Source of the DNA: Lama guanicoe
Taxonomy: Eukaryota
Assembly (NCBI GenBank): GCA_013239625.1
Contig: MU054323.1
Span: 11,119,815 to 11,183,814 of the forward strand
Length of the DNA: 64,000 bases
Direction: 5' to 3'
Shown here: in pieces, positions 35,870 to 47,443 of the stretch
Numbering within the stretch: the stretch's first letter is position 1
How the letters are laid out: every line of letters starts with the position of its first letter
Position numbers and translations under genes: made by a program
The notes under the pieces: model-generated
Told to the model about the DNA's origin: nothing
Databases searched by the model: none
Seen by the model: only the letters and a program-made list of their open reading frames with translations

Positions 35870-38800
35870 TTGACGTGTGTCTTCATATTTCAATTTGGCT
35901 TCCAATAGACAGAATATAGTTAGCATTTACCTTTTAAAACTCCAGTCTGATAACTTGTGCTTTTAAAATGGGACTGTATATACAATGTACATTTAATGTC
36001 ATTATTGCTGTGGCTGGTTTTAAATTTACTGTCTTTCCCTTTGTTTGCCATCTGACCCCTGTTTCTTCTATTTTCATCTTCTTTTAGGTTAGACTGTTTT
36101 CTGTACTTCTATTTTATTTCTTACATTGGCTTATTACTGATATCTGTTTTGTTTTTGATGATTCTTTAGAGTTTATAAAATACACCTTTAATTTGTCACA
36201 GTCTATCTTCAAATAATATGCCAATTCACATATAACATAAGAACCTTATCGTATACTTTGATTTCTGTCAGCCTCACTCCCAGCCTTTTTGCTAATCTTG
36301 CCAAATGTTTTACTTGTACATATAATATAAACTTCATAATTCACCGTTTTTATTGCTACTTTAAACAACCAAATGTCTCTTAATGATATTTACAATTAAA
36401 TTTAAGGTTTTAAAAAAGTATTTACCCATATATTTTACCCTTACCATCTCTTTATTCCTTTGTGTGAAGCCAGATTTCTATTTGATTTTATTTTCCTTCT
36501 GCACAAAGGTCCTTCTTGAAGTTTCCTGTAGGATTGGTGATCAATTCTTTCAGCTTTTGTATGTTTAAAAAAATCTTTATTTCACTTCATTTTTCCAAGA
36601 TGTTTTTACTAGGTAAAGAATTCTAGGTTTGCAGTGCTTTCCTTCTATCCTGTAAACAAGTTACTCAACTATCCTCTGGACTGCATTGTCTTCAACAATA
36701 AATCAGCTGTCATTCTTTTCTTTGTTCTTCATGAATGTCCTCTGGGTGCTTTTAATATTTTCCTCTTTAACATTGTTTTTAAGCAATTTGATTACATAAT
36801 CAAATTTCACATGCCCATGAGTTTTTTTTTTTTTTTAATGTTTCTTGTGCTTGGGGTTCATTGAGCTTCCTGGATCTTTCAAATAAAATTTAGAAATAGT
36901 TTTTCAGCTATTTCTTCCCTCTATCTCTCTACTCTCCTTTTGGGGCTGTGATTATTCCTTTATTATGCTGCTTGAAGTTCTCCTACAGCTTACTGGTACT
37001 GTTTTTATTTTTTTTCTTCAGCCACAGTTTCTAATCTATTGTTATTCCCATTCAGTTTTTTTTTTTTTTTTTTTTTTTATTTTGTCTTACACAGGGTAAG
37101 GGTTTTTCTTTTTCCTCTAAAATTTTGATTTGGGTCTTTAAAAAAATCTTTCATGTTTCTCCTTAACATGCTTACAGAGATATTATATATTTTTTTACTA
37201 TATTCCCCATGCTATACATTTCATCCCTGTGACTCATTAATTTTGTACCTGGAAGTTTGTACCTCTTAATCTCCCTCACCTGTTCCTTTCATCCCCCCTA
37301 CCCCTTTCCCCTCTGGCAATCATCTGTTTGTTCTCCATATCTGTGACTCTTTTTGTTTTGTTATGTTTGTTCATTTGTTTTGTTTTTTAGATTTCACTAA
37401 ATGTAAATGTAAATGAAATCATACAGTATTTGTTTTTCTCCATCTGATTTATTTCACTTAGAATAATACCCTCTAGGTCCATCCATGTTGTTCACAATTG
37501 GCAATGTTTCATTCTTTTTTTATGACTCAGTAATATTTGTGTGTTTGTGTGGTGTGTGTGTGTGTGTATTTCACATCTTCTTTATCCATTCATTATTGAT
37601 GGACACTTTGGTTGCTTCCATATCTTGGCTATTGTAAATAATGCTGGAATGAATATAGGGATGCATCTATCTTTTCAAATTAGTGTTTTATTTTCTTCAA
37701 ATAAATACCCAGAGGTAGACTTGCTGCATCATATGATAGTTTTATTTGTAACTTGTTGAAGAATCTCCATACTGTTTTCCATAGTGGCTGCACCAATTTA
37801 CAACCTCACCAACAGTGCACAAGCATTCCTTTTTCTCCAAATCCTCACCAACACTTATTTGTTGTCTTTTTGATAATAGCCATTCTGACAGGTGTGCAAT
37901 GATATCTCATTGTGGTTTTGATTTGCATTTCCCTGATGATTAGTGCTGTTGAGCATCTTTTCATGTGTCTGTTGGCCAACTGTATGTCTTTTTTTGAAAA
38001 ATGTCTCTTCAGATCCTCTGCTCATTTTTTAATCAAGTTTTTTTTTTTTGATATTTAGTTGTAGGAGTTCTTTGAATATTTTGAACATTAACTCCTTATG
38101 TATATATTGTTTACAAGTATTTTCTCCAATTCAGTAGGCTGCCTTTTTGTTTTGTTGATAGTTTCCTTTGCTATGCAAAGCTTTTTAGTCTGATATAGTC
38201 CTATTTGTTTATTTTTGCTTTTGTTCCCTTTGCCTGAAGAGATAGTCCAAAAAAAAAATTGCTAAGACCGATACCAAAATATGTACTGCCTATGTTTTCT
38301 TCCAGGAGTTTTATGATTTATTTCAGGTCTTACATTTAAGTCTTTGATCCATTTTGAGTTTCTTTTTGTATATAATGTGATAAAGCAGTTTGATCCTTTT
38401 GCATATAAACTGTTCAGTTTTTCCAACACCATTTATTGAAGAAGCTGTCTTCTCCCCACTATATATTCTTGCCTCCTTTGTTGTAGATTAATTGACTGCA
38501 TAAGTGTGTGTTCATCTGCATCATTTCTGTATCTGTTTCCATTGATTGACTTTCCTCACTATGGATTTTATTGTTCCAGTTTTTGATGCCTGATTTTTTT
38601 ATTGGATCCTACATAATGTGAATCTGACATTGTTGAATGCTGGATTTGTTTTTTCTTTAAATATTTTTGAGCTATATTCTGGGACTCAGTTTAGTTAGTT
38701 GGAAAGAGTTTGATCTTTAGAGATTTGCTTTCAAGTTTTTTGGTGGGACCAAAACAACCTTTAGTCTAGGGTCAATTTTTCCCATTATTGAGGCAGGCAG
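35870..38800 (-). mobile_element. Ancient L1M fragments interrupted by a younger L1
   Basis: T-rich antisense L1 sequence (aaaatctttatttcacttcatttt, aagaattctaggtt). Confidence 0.7.
37180..38512 (-). mobile_element. L1 ORF2 C-terminal region + 3' UTR (younger than its host)
   Basis: atagtggctgcaccaatttaca and gccattctgacaggtgtg...ctcattgtggttttgatttgcatttccctgatg. Confidence 0.9.
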
Positions 38801-41071
38801 TAAGGTGCCACCAGTGATTTTTAAGCAAGAGAGGGATATGATAGGATTTGCATTGAAGAAAACCTCTCTAACAGCATCTAGAAGGTAGAAGGGAAAGGAT
38901 GGGGAGAGCAGAGAGAGACCCAGGGCAGAGCCCCCTGCTGTTCTAGACAAGAGAATGAAGAAGACAGAGCTCAGGAAGCAGCCAACCCAGGGATCAGAAC
39001 AGTCAGGGTTGGAATTGATGGTGCTTCATGTGGGCACAGTGAGAGGGAGAAGGATGAGTCTGAAATGATCAGAGGTTTCCTCTGCGGGCTTCTGGTAGGG
39101 TCAGAGGAAATGAGATCCCTGTGAAGCCATCAGAGGGGTTGTCAGATGCCAGGAGTTTCCGATCACCTCTTCTGAGTCTCTCTGTCAGAACCGGAGGGCT
39201 AATTCCAGGAAAGAGCCAGAGCCTGGACCATAAAACCTGATGCTTCCCTTCTGGGTATCTGTCTGCTGGACTGTTTCCTCTGCTGGTTCTAAAGAACATC
39301 AGTATCCAAATCAAGATGCTGAACATCCTCAATTTCTCCTTCCTATGACATCAAAGACTTTCTCCTATACAAGGGGAAGATTTCCCTGTGAAAGTGTCTC
39401 ATCTTGTGCCCGGTAGAGCTTGGCAAATTAGAATCTTTCATAGCATGACATTTTTATAATATGCCATGATACCTCAAATTACATTAATATCTCTGGTACT
39501 GTACCTATGTTAGTCTAGGATTAAGTCTGTCTCTCTCTAATAAAAAAAGTGTTAATGAAGAATTTATAAAATGTTGAAATGGCCTCCCCATTTCTCATGG
39601 AGCTATCCAGAGAAATGTGCTCAAGGCCCATAGTAACTCTGTTTAGTCCCAATCTGTGATTCATCCTCTATCCTGATTTTGAGAAGAAAATGTTCCTCCC
39701 TGAGCTACCTACCATACATTTTATTTCCCCTCCCCCTTTTTTGAAGCAGCAACATGTTTTCTGGCAGGAGATCTGAGAACATTAAGCAAGTGAGTTGTTG
39801 TAACCTTGGCTCCTGGGATTACAATGTACTTTGTCCACACCCGGGTAAAGAAAGGGTTACATTAAAAAGGAAAAAGAAAAAAAAGTTCAGCAAGTGAGAT
39901 GCATTCACTTCCTTTCTCTCCTACCTCCCTTGGCTGTGACCAAGAGTAAATGAAGTGTAGGCTGTCAGGTGATGACCCCCAAACGAGGCAACAAAGTATT
40001 TTCCATCCTGCCAGGGGCCCAGGAAAGCCATGAACTTGGGCTGCCCACAAGGGCTTGTGTTTCCCCTGGGATAAGAAACGTTTGGGGCTCAAACCTGACA
40101 GCTGAAGAAAAAGGAAACTATAAGTGTAAGCATCATACTTCATACAGTTTGCAAGTTATTGGGGCATTCTCTCATTTCCTCTATCTTCTGAGTGTGTTTC
40201 ACACATACATGCATACCCAAATAGGCCAGCTAAATATATTGGCAAAGTAACATTTGGGGTTTGCTGTATTTCTTAGTGGAAGCCACAAAAAACAAAAACA
40301 AAAACATTAACTGAAGGTAACAGAGAGCCAGCTCCATATGAAACCCCCTCTATTGTAAAGTGAAAAAAATCTGAAACAAAGGGTTAAATGATTTTTGTCC
40401 ACAGCTGATGTCATACAAATTATCTGAAAAGATGCAGGCCCTACCTCTGCCTTCCAAAGACAGGAAAATCTAACTGTGGTCTCTGTCTCCTGGAACCAAA
40501 TAGGCAGCTCTTAAATGATTCCAAATACCAAAACATGCCCAGGCTGTGTTTCTTAAGCACTGAAGCTGAAACTTCCAAAATAACAAACCCCAAAACATTT
40601 GGTTTCCAGCAGTGCCTGGATATGTTCAAGCCTGATTCTGTACGAGTCTAGGGGGAACGAACAGAGGACTCTGGGAGGGGCAATAAATGAGTGGGAACTA
40701 ACTCTGCACCTCAATAGGGGAGGTGAAGAGAGGAGTGATTGCTGAGGATAGGAAGGCACTGAACTAGAACAGAATTCAAATGATGGAATAAAAATAGAAA
40801 CAGTCTCCTAAAAGGTTAACAAGAGACAATATCTTATTGGAAGATAGTTTTCAGAGAAAGATAAAACCATGACTTGCATACAGATATAAAAATGTACATG
40901 TTCAGGAATTTATTTTCCTCACGATGTGAGGGAGACAGGCAGATGTTTAAAGGAAAAATCAAAAGCACACTGATTTATATTGGGTAAAGGAATGTTGAGA
41001 GGAATTGGAGTTAAATGGACATAAAACTGGTTTTAGGAAAATCAAATCTCTAGCAGGACAGGATTTACCTG

Positions 41072-41419
41072 CAGTTGGCCATCCTATCCTGGGCTCCATG
41101 TCATGTGTTCAACCAACTGCAGATCTAAAATATAAATTTTTTTAATTTCAGAAAGTTCCAAAAGCAAAACTTGAATTTGCTGCACACCAGCAACTATTTA
41201 CATAGCATTTACATTGTGTTTATAACTAATTATATAGCATTTACATTGTATTAGGTAGTACAAATAATCTAGAGATTATTTAAAGTGTATGGGAGGATGT
41301 GTGCAGGTTATATGTGAACACTATGCCATTTTTATAAGGGATTGAGTATCCATGGATTTTGTTGTCTGCTGGGGTCCTGGAATCAGTCCCCTGTGAATAC
41401 CTATTGACAGAGACAACCA
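41072..41419. mobile_element. MER2-like TcMar-Tigger MITE
   Basis: ttcaaccaactgcagat, caactatttacatagcatttacattgt, ataatctagagat and ggggtcctggaatcagtcccc. Confidence 0.85.
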
Positions 41420-43914
41420 TATCTATCAGTTACTTAAAATTTACAGAACGTTGCAAAATAGCTCAAAAACAATGCATAGTAGAATCTGATAACCTGATAG
41501 GCTTTTCTGTAGTTTCCCACTGAAACAAACAAAAAAATGTTTCTACAATATTCATAAAAGTTCATGAAGGGGAAGTTGGGTTCTTTGAGGGGAACGCCCC
41601 TTCCCAGAGGGGCTGATGCCAAGGAGTGGTTAGACCCATAAAGAGGCAGGGTAGGGGTATTGGTGGGGACTTCTAAGGCAATGGTTGAGTCAGAAAACAA
41701 TAGACACAGTGTAGTAATTTTATTATTTATTAAATTCAGCCACTTCACACACACACACACACACGCTAGTATTAGTGTGGAATCAGAATATGAAAACTAG
41801 GAGAGACCTTCTTGATCTGCCAGTCAGGGCTCCACATTTCACAGGTGAGAAACCTGAGACTGCAGGCCAGGGTTTGCTCAAGGTCATTCAGCTTCTTAGT
41901 GGCTATGAGAATGATTCTTTAAGTTTGTGAGCCTAGTGGCCATGGGTAACTGTACAGGATCCAACTCCTGCCCCATGTATGCAAAGTTGAAATGCATAAT
42001 CAAAATGCATTTTTCTGGGCAAGAGTGTAGAATGTTCATCACAGAGGTGATTCTGGCTTTACATTATATCCAGCAGTACACAAACCACACATCGAAAGCT
42101 AGTTGCGACAAACATAACTGAAAGGTGGTTACCTTCGTAGAATTTTCCAAAGGCTTTTTTGGGAGGAAATATTTGAATAGCCCACATCTCTTAAATTAAA
42201 AAAAAAAAAGAGGCTAAGAAATTTGAACAATGCATTCTTTTTCCCTGTTACAAGCAGAGGCATTCCAAATCATTCCATTGTTCCTTCTAATGTTAACTGT
42301 TTCCGCATCTAAAAGTTGACAGAAGTCTTCAGTTGTGAGGATGTGAAGAGCTGGTGTATGGCTTTATTTCTCAGTTTCTCGTGTGCTTTCTCTTTCCATA
42401 CCCTCCCCATCTCTCACTCTATCCCCTCTCAGAGGAGAAAGAGCCCTAGAGGCCTTCGTGGGAAGAGAAAAGCAAGGGGGACCAGCATGGGCAAATGGAC
42501 ATCAGACTAAAAGGTTTTTCAGGATTCCAGTTGTCATCAGTCCCCTCTGCCTCCCCATTTCTCGTTCCCTCCCTGAATCCAGGGCTGGAGATGGAGACCC
42601 TGCTGTAGAAACTCAGTCAACAAGTAGAAGAAACTGGCAAGGAACAAAATGAGGATGAATTGCAGGCATCTTGGTCAAGAAGGACTTGTAGTATATCTAA
42701 TGTATCTATTCTACATCAGTGATCATCAGATCATCCCAAAGCTCCTGTGAGCTGATTCCTCCAGCTTGGTATTTAAGATAAGGGTTAATTTACAAATCAC
42801 AGGCAACTCCCCTTAGGAAGAGGCAGGTCAGAGCCAGGGCAACTGGGAACCAACCAGAGCTGAGGACGTTCCTTGGGCGAGGGGTCAAGGATGGTGAGGC
42901 AGCTGCCAAGGATGTCCCAAGTGCTCTTCTTCTGGGAGAGACTCTGTGTACCCCACTTCAGGACTACCATCTGCCGTGGGTAAACTTTACATTAGAATGT
43001 GTACCTTGGCTTCTCTCTGAGCCTCTGGCTTGGGTGCTTAGTGGATGCTGTCATCCACTGAGACAGTGGGGACAGGAAAAAGAGCAAACTTTGAAGGAAG
43101 AAGATATTGAGAGGAAGTTTGGGCATGGTAAATCCGGGGAATCCAGGAGACCCCCAAGGAGGTATATCTTCTATACCAGGGAGCAGAAGAATCCAGAATT
43201 CAGGAGCACAATCTGGCTGCAAATATGCCATGGAAGTCATTCATTTATAAACCCATTGAGTGCTTGGCATGGCTTGTCTCCTCTCTGGCAGACGAGCAGT
43301 TGGGCTAACCCTACACCCTATCTCCACTGTTGTCCACGAACATTTAATGCAAGGCGACTGATAGCAATTAGGACTTGGGGATACAGAGAGCCCCCACCCT
43401 GCCCTGCACCAAGAAGAACTTGCTGTTTTTGATCCTTACTTCTTGTGACATTGTGTTCCATGTGGGTGAGTGGGATGCTCTGATTCATCCCACAAAGGGT
43501 TGCTGTGTTTGCTAATGCTGTAGTCCAGTAGCTGGATTTTCTATCCATATTAGGCTGGGAGTAGGGGTGTCCTCCAGGGCTGTATAAACTGTCAGTGGGT
43601 GATCCGTTTGCACCTGCCACATCACTCACTGATGACTTCAATCAGTTGCACAGCCAGGAGAAAAGAGGGAATGTGTGGGCAGGATGTTGAGTCACCCCGT
43701 ATATCTGCCTCTGTAGACACAAAAATGCCCACTGTCGTGCATCCTGAGTCGTTCTGTGCCAGGTTCCCAGACAAACATCCTCCAGAGCCTTCTCCTTCCC
43801 ATTTCCTTTCTCCTCCACTCAGCCTTAAGGGCCCAGTTATTCATTCCCAGGGTTTGGAGTTTAAAGGATGGGGACCAGGCTCCAGGAAGCAGTGAGACCT
43901 GATATGTAATGAGC

Positions 43915-44300
43915 CTTAACTACAAAGCTGGAAGACCTGGGTTCAGGACATAACCCTGGTTCTGATGAGTTTTCTGGTGTCCCTCATCTTTCTGGCCCTG
44001 TGTTTCCCCATCTGCAAAATGGAAATGACACTATTAACCTCTAAGTGTCTTTTGACAACTAAACGAGACCGTGTATTTTAAGAATCCAGCACATACTGAG
44101 AGCTGACCTTTTCGGGTGCTCACATTTTATTGGGTTCTCTTCTAAGCACATTTACTCATTTAATCTTTACAACACCCCACAACAATCCTAAGGCACAACT
44201 ATCCTTATTTTATACATGAAGAAACTGAGACACAATGAAATTAAGTAAGTTGTTCAAGGACCTGGAGCTGGGAAGTGGTGGGACCAGAATTTTCCACCAC
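43915..44300. mobile_element. Two MIR fragments in opposite orientation
   Basis: gtttccccatctgcaaaatgg (+) and gaagaaactgagacaca...aagtaagttgttcaagg (-). Confidence 0.7.
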
Positions 44301-44329
44301 TCTTCAAAAGTCCAAACTCTTGTTTATAT

Positions 44330-44552
44330 CAGTGGTTCTCAAAGCGTGATCTCCAGGTCAGGACTACTGAGGAGGCAGCGGCAGCAGCAACATTTGGGAA
44401 CTTGTCAGAAATGCAAAATCTGAGAACCTACCCCAGAGCTACAGACTCAGAAATTCCAAGGGTAGGAAGCAGCACACTGGTTTGGCACCACCCCCCTCCC
44501 CACCCCAACCTGCTCCATGATTCTGATATTCAGTCAAGTTTGAGAAACACTG
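44330..44552. mobile_element. MER5A
   Basis: TIRs cagtggttctcaaag / agtttgagaaacactg; contains ggaacttgtcagaaatgcaaa. Confidence 0.85.
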
Positions 44553-45441
44553 GTTTACATTCTTCCTTCAGCCTCCTTAGCAAACGGCTAAACCAATTAC
44601 ATCCCTGCTCCTCCCCTTCCTGTCCCCTATGTATTAGGCACTTTGTAGATTACTGTCATTTAAGGCTCACAAGAACCTTTCCAGTTTGATTTTCCTTTCT
44701 TCATTCTACAGACAGCAACCTTGACCTGGGGAGGGGCAGAGTCTGGCCCAGTGCACATCCCTGGTAATATCCGACTCTAGACTCACGCTCCCTGCTGCTC
44801 CCAACACATGTGTTCCTCGTAGCTGGCCACATCATGTCACCCCCAGCTCCCTGGCCCTCTCCCTCACTCCAGTTCCCCAGCAGAGCCTCTAGACCCTGAC
44901 TTGCAGGCCTGGCACCACCACTCCAGACTGTGAAACCAATCTGGGCTCTAGGCCCTGATGCATGGGCACCTAGCTGGCTTTATTGGAATTGCTCTGTAAT
45001 CTGCTTTGGGACAAGTAGCAGAGATGTCCCCAAGTTCCCATGACCAACCCCCGCCTCACACCCAGCTCCTGATGCAGAAGCCCTGTCTGGTTTCCCTTTG
45101 GTTTGGACCATCTGATGACTTCTCTAGCCCCTTAGTGCCTTGAGCTTGCCTTTTGTGATCAGTCCCTCTGAGGTGTAGAGAGATACCCTGAGCCCAGAGC
45201 CCAGTAGAATCCCCACTTCCCCTTCCTTCCCAACCTCTGAGTTTTAACACATGCACATTCTTGTAACCATTGCCACTGACAAGATAAAGAACAATTCCAA
45301 CACTATAAAGTTCCCTCATGCTAACCCTTTGCATTCAGACCCTTTCTCTACCCCAAACTCCTGGCAACCTCTGGTCTGTTTTCTGTCCCTGCAGTTTCGC
45401 CTTTTCCAGAATGTCATATCATGGAATGATAACATGTGTAA

Positions 45442-45988
45442 TGAAGGGTAGCAGAATATACCACCCCAAAGTATGCCTCTTTGTCAAAAGGATCATGTTG
45501 AGCTGATTCTTTTAAGAAACAGCGGGCATATGAGAAGCTCTGAAAACAGAGTAGAAGTTACCCTTTTGTAAGGGACATTCACATTTATAAAAGAAGTCTC
45601 CATTTGCAAAGGTATCTCCCTCTCTGTACCAGGAGGAGAAGGATGACTCTAAAGCTCCAGAAACAGTTATCAATGGAGAAAGGAAGACTTGAATCTGTAT
45701 AATAAACCTTATCCTTGTTTACCATGCTTTTCCTGGTAACCTCCCTTAACCAGCCTCCCTGACCCCCAGCTTCTTTCTTTTGTCTTTAACTGATGGTGGT
45801 ATTTAAGATGGTGACTTGGGTCATCTCAGGGAATTACTCAGTTTTCCTGGGTATCTCCCGTGTATACAGGAGGTATAGATGTTCATAAACTTCTGTTTGT
45901 TTTTCTCTTGTTACTCTGTTTTTTATTATAGGGGATCTCAGCCAAGAATTCAAGCATGTAGAGGGAAAATTAATTTTCCTTCCCTATA
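45442..45988 (+). mobile_element. ERV1 solo LTR, MER34-like
   Basis: Starts tgaagggtagcagaatataccaccccaaagtatgcc and ends ttttccttccctata. 4-bp TSD gtaa at 45438-45441 and 45989-45992. Confidence 0.85.
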
Positions 45989-47090
45989 GTAACTCTTGGA
46001 GACTGGCTTCTTTCATCTATTATCATGTATTTGAGATTTAGCCAAGTTGTTGCATGTATCGATGGTTGGCATCTCCTTTCTGCCCAGTGGTACCATACCC
46101 TGTTACATGAATTACCACAATCTGTTCATCTATTCACCCAATGAGGGACATTTAGGTTGTGTCCAGATTTGGGCAATTGTGAACAAAGCTGTTTTACACA
46201 TTTGTGTATAGGTTTTTATGTAAACCTAAGTTTTCATTTTTCTTGTATAAATTAGTATAAATACCTAGAAGTGGGGTTGCTGGGTCATATAGTAAATATA
46301 TGCAAATAGCCAAACTATTTTCCTGAGCGGTTGTGCCACTTTGCATTCCCTTTTACAGCAGTGTCTGCAAGTTCCAGTTGCTTCATATCCTCAGCAGCAC
46401 TTGGTGATGTCAATATTTTTAGCCATTTTAATTGGTATATGATGCTATCTCATCTGATTTTAATTTACATTTCCTTAATGACAAATGATGTTGAACATTT
46501 CCTGTACTTATTTGCTATCTGTATTTCTTATTCTTTCTTTTTTTCTTTTCTTATTAGAATTTGAGTTATTTGTATAGTCTAGATACAAGTCTGTGATCTG
46601 ATATATGATCTGCAAATATTTTCCCATAGTCTGTGGAGTTTTTTCTGTCTCTTTAAGGTATCTTCCACAAGAGTAAAAGTGTTTAATTTTGCTCAAGTCC
46701 AATTTATTGATTTTTTTCTTTTATCAATTATGTATTTGTTGTTGTGTCTAAGAACTCTGCCTAATCCAAGATCACAAAGATTTTTCTCCTATGTTATCTT
46801 CTAAGAGGTTTTATAGTTATGCATTTTACATTAAGATCTATGATCTATTTTTAGTTCATTTTTGTATAAGGTTGGAAGTATAGGTCAAGGTTTGTTGTTT
46901 TTTATAGAATGTTGAATTGTTTTAGCACTATTCATTGAAAAGACTCTCCTTTCTCCATTGAATTGCCTTTGCAACTTTTTCAAAAATCAATTGATCATAC
47001 TTGTGTAGGTCTGTTTCTGAGTACTTTATTCTGTTCTTTCTTTCATCAACACCACCTTGCCATGATTTCTGTAGCTTTATAGTATATCTT

Positions 47091-47443
47091 TTTTTGTGTA
47101 TATATTTTTTATTGAAGTATAGTCAGTTTACAGTGTTGTGTCAATTTCTGGTGTACAGCACAATGCTTCAGTCATACATGGACATACATATACTCATTTT
47201 CATATTCTTTTCCACCATAGGTTACTACATGATATTAAATATAGTTCCCTGTGCTATACAGTACAAACTTGTTGTTTATTGGATTTTGTGAGGAATCCTC
47301 CTGTATTTTGAAGTGAGAGACATACTCTGCCAGAGTTCAGTAGGTGTTCTGTGTGATTCAGTGGATCTGTAGATGTAGTTCTTGGTGTACTTGTGGGAGA
47401 GGGTGAGCCGTGAGTCTCTCTACTCTGCCATCTTGGCCCCTCC
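47091..47443 (-). mobile_element. Bipartite L1-derived retroposon (L1 5' end fused to L1 3' end)
   Basis: The minus strand begins ggaggggccAAGATGGCagagtag and ends cttcAATAAAaaa plus an A-rich tail. 13-bp TSD tatagtatatctt (47078-47090) / tatagtacatctt (47444-47456). Confidence 0.85.
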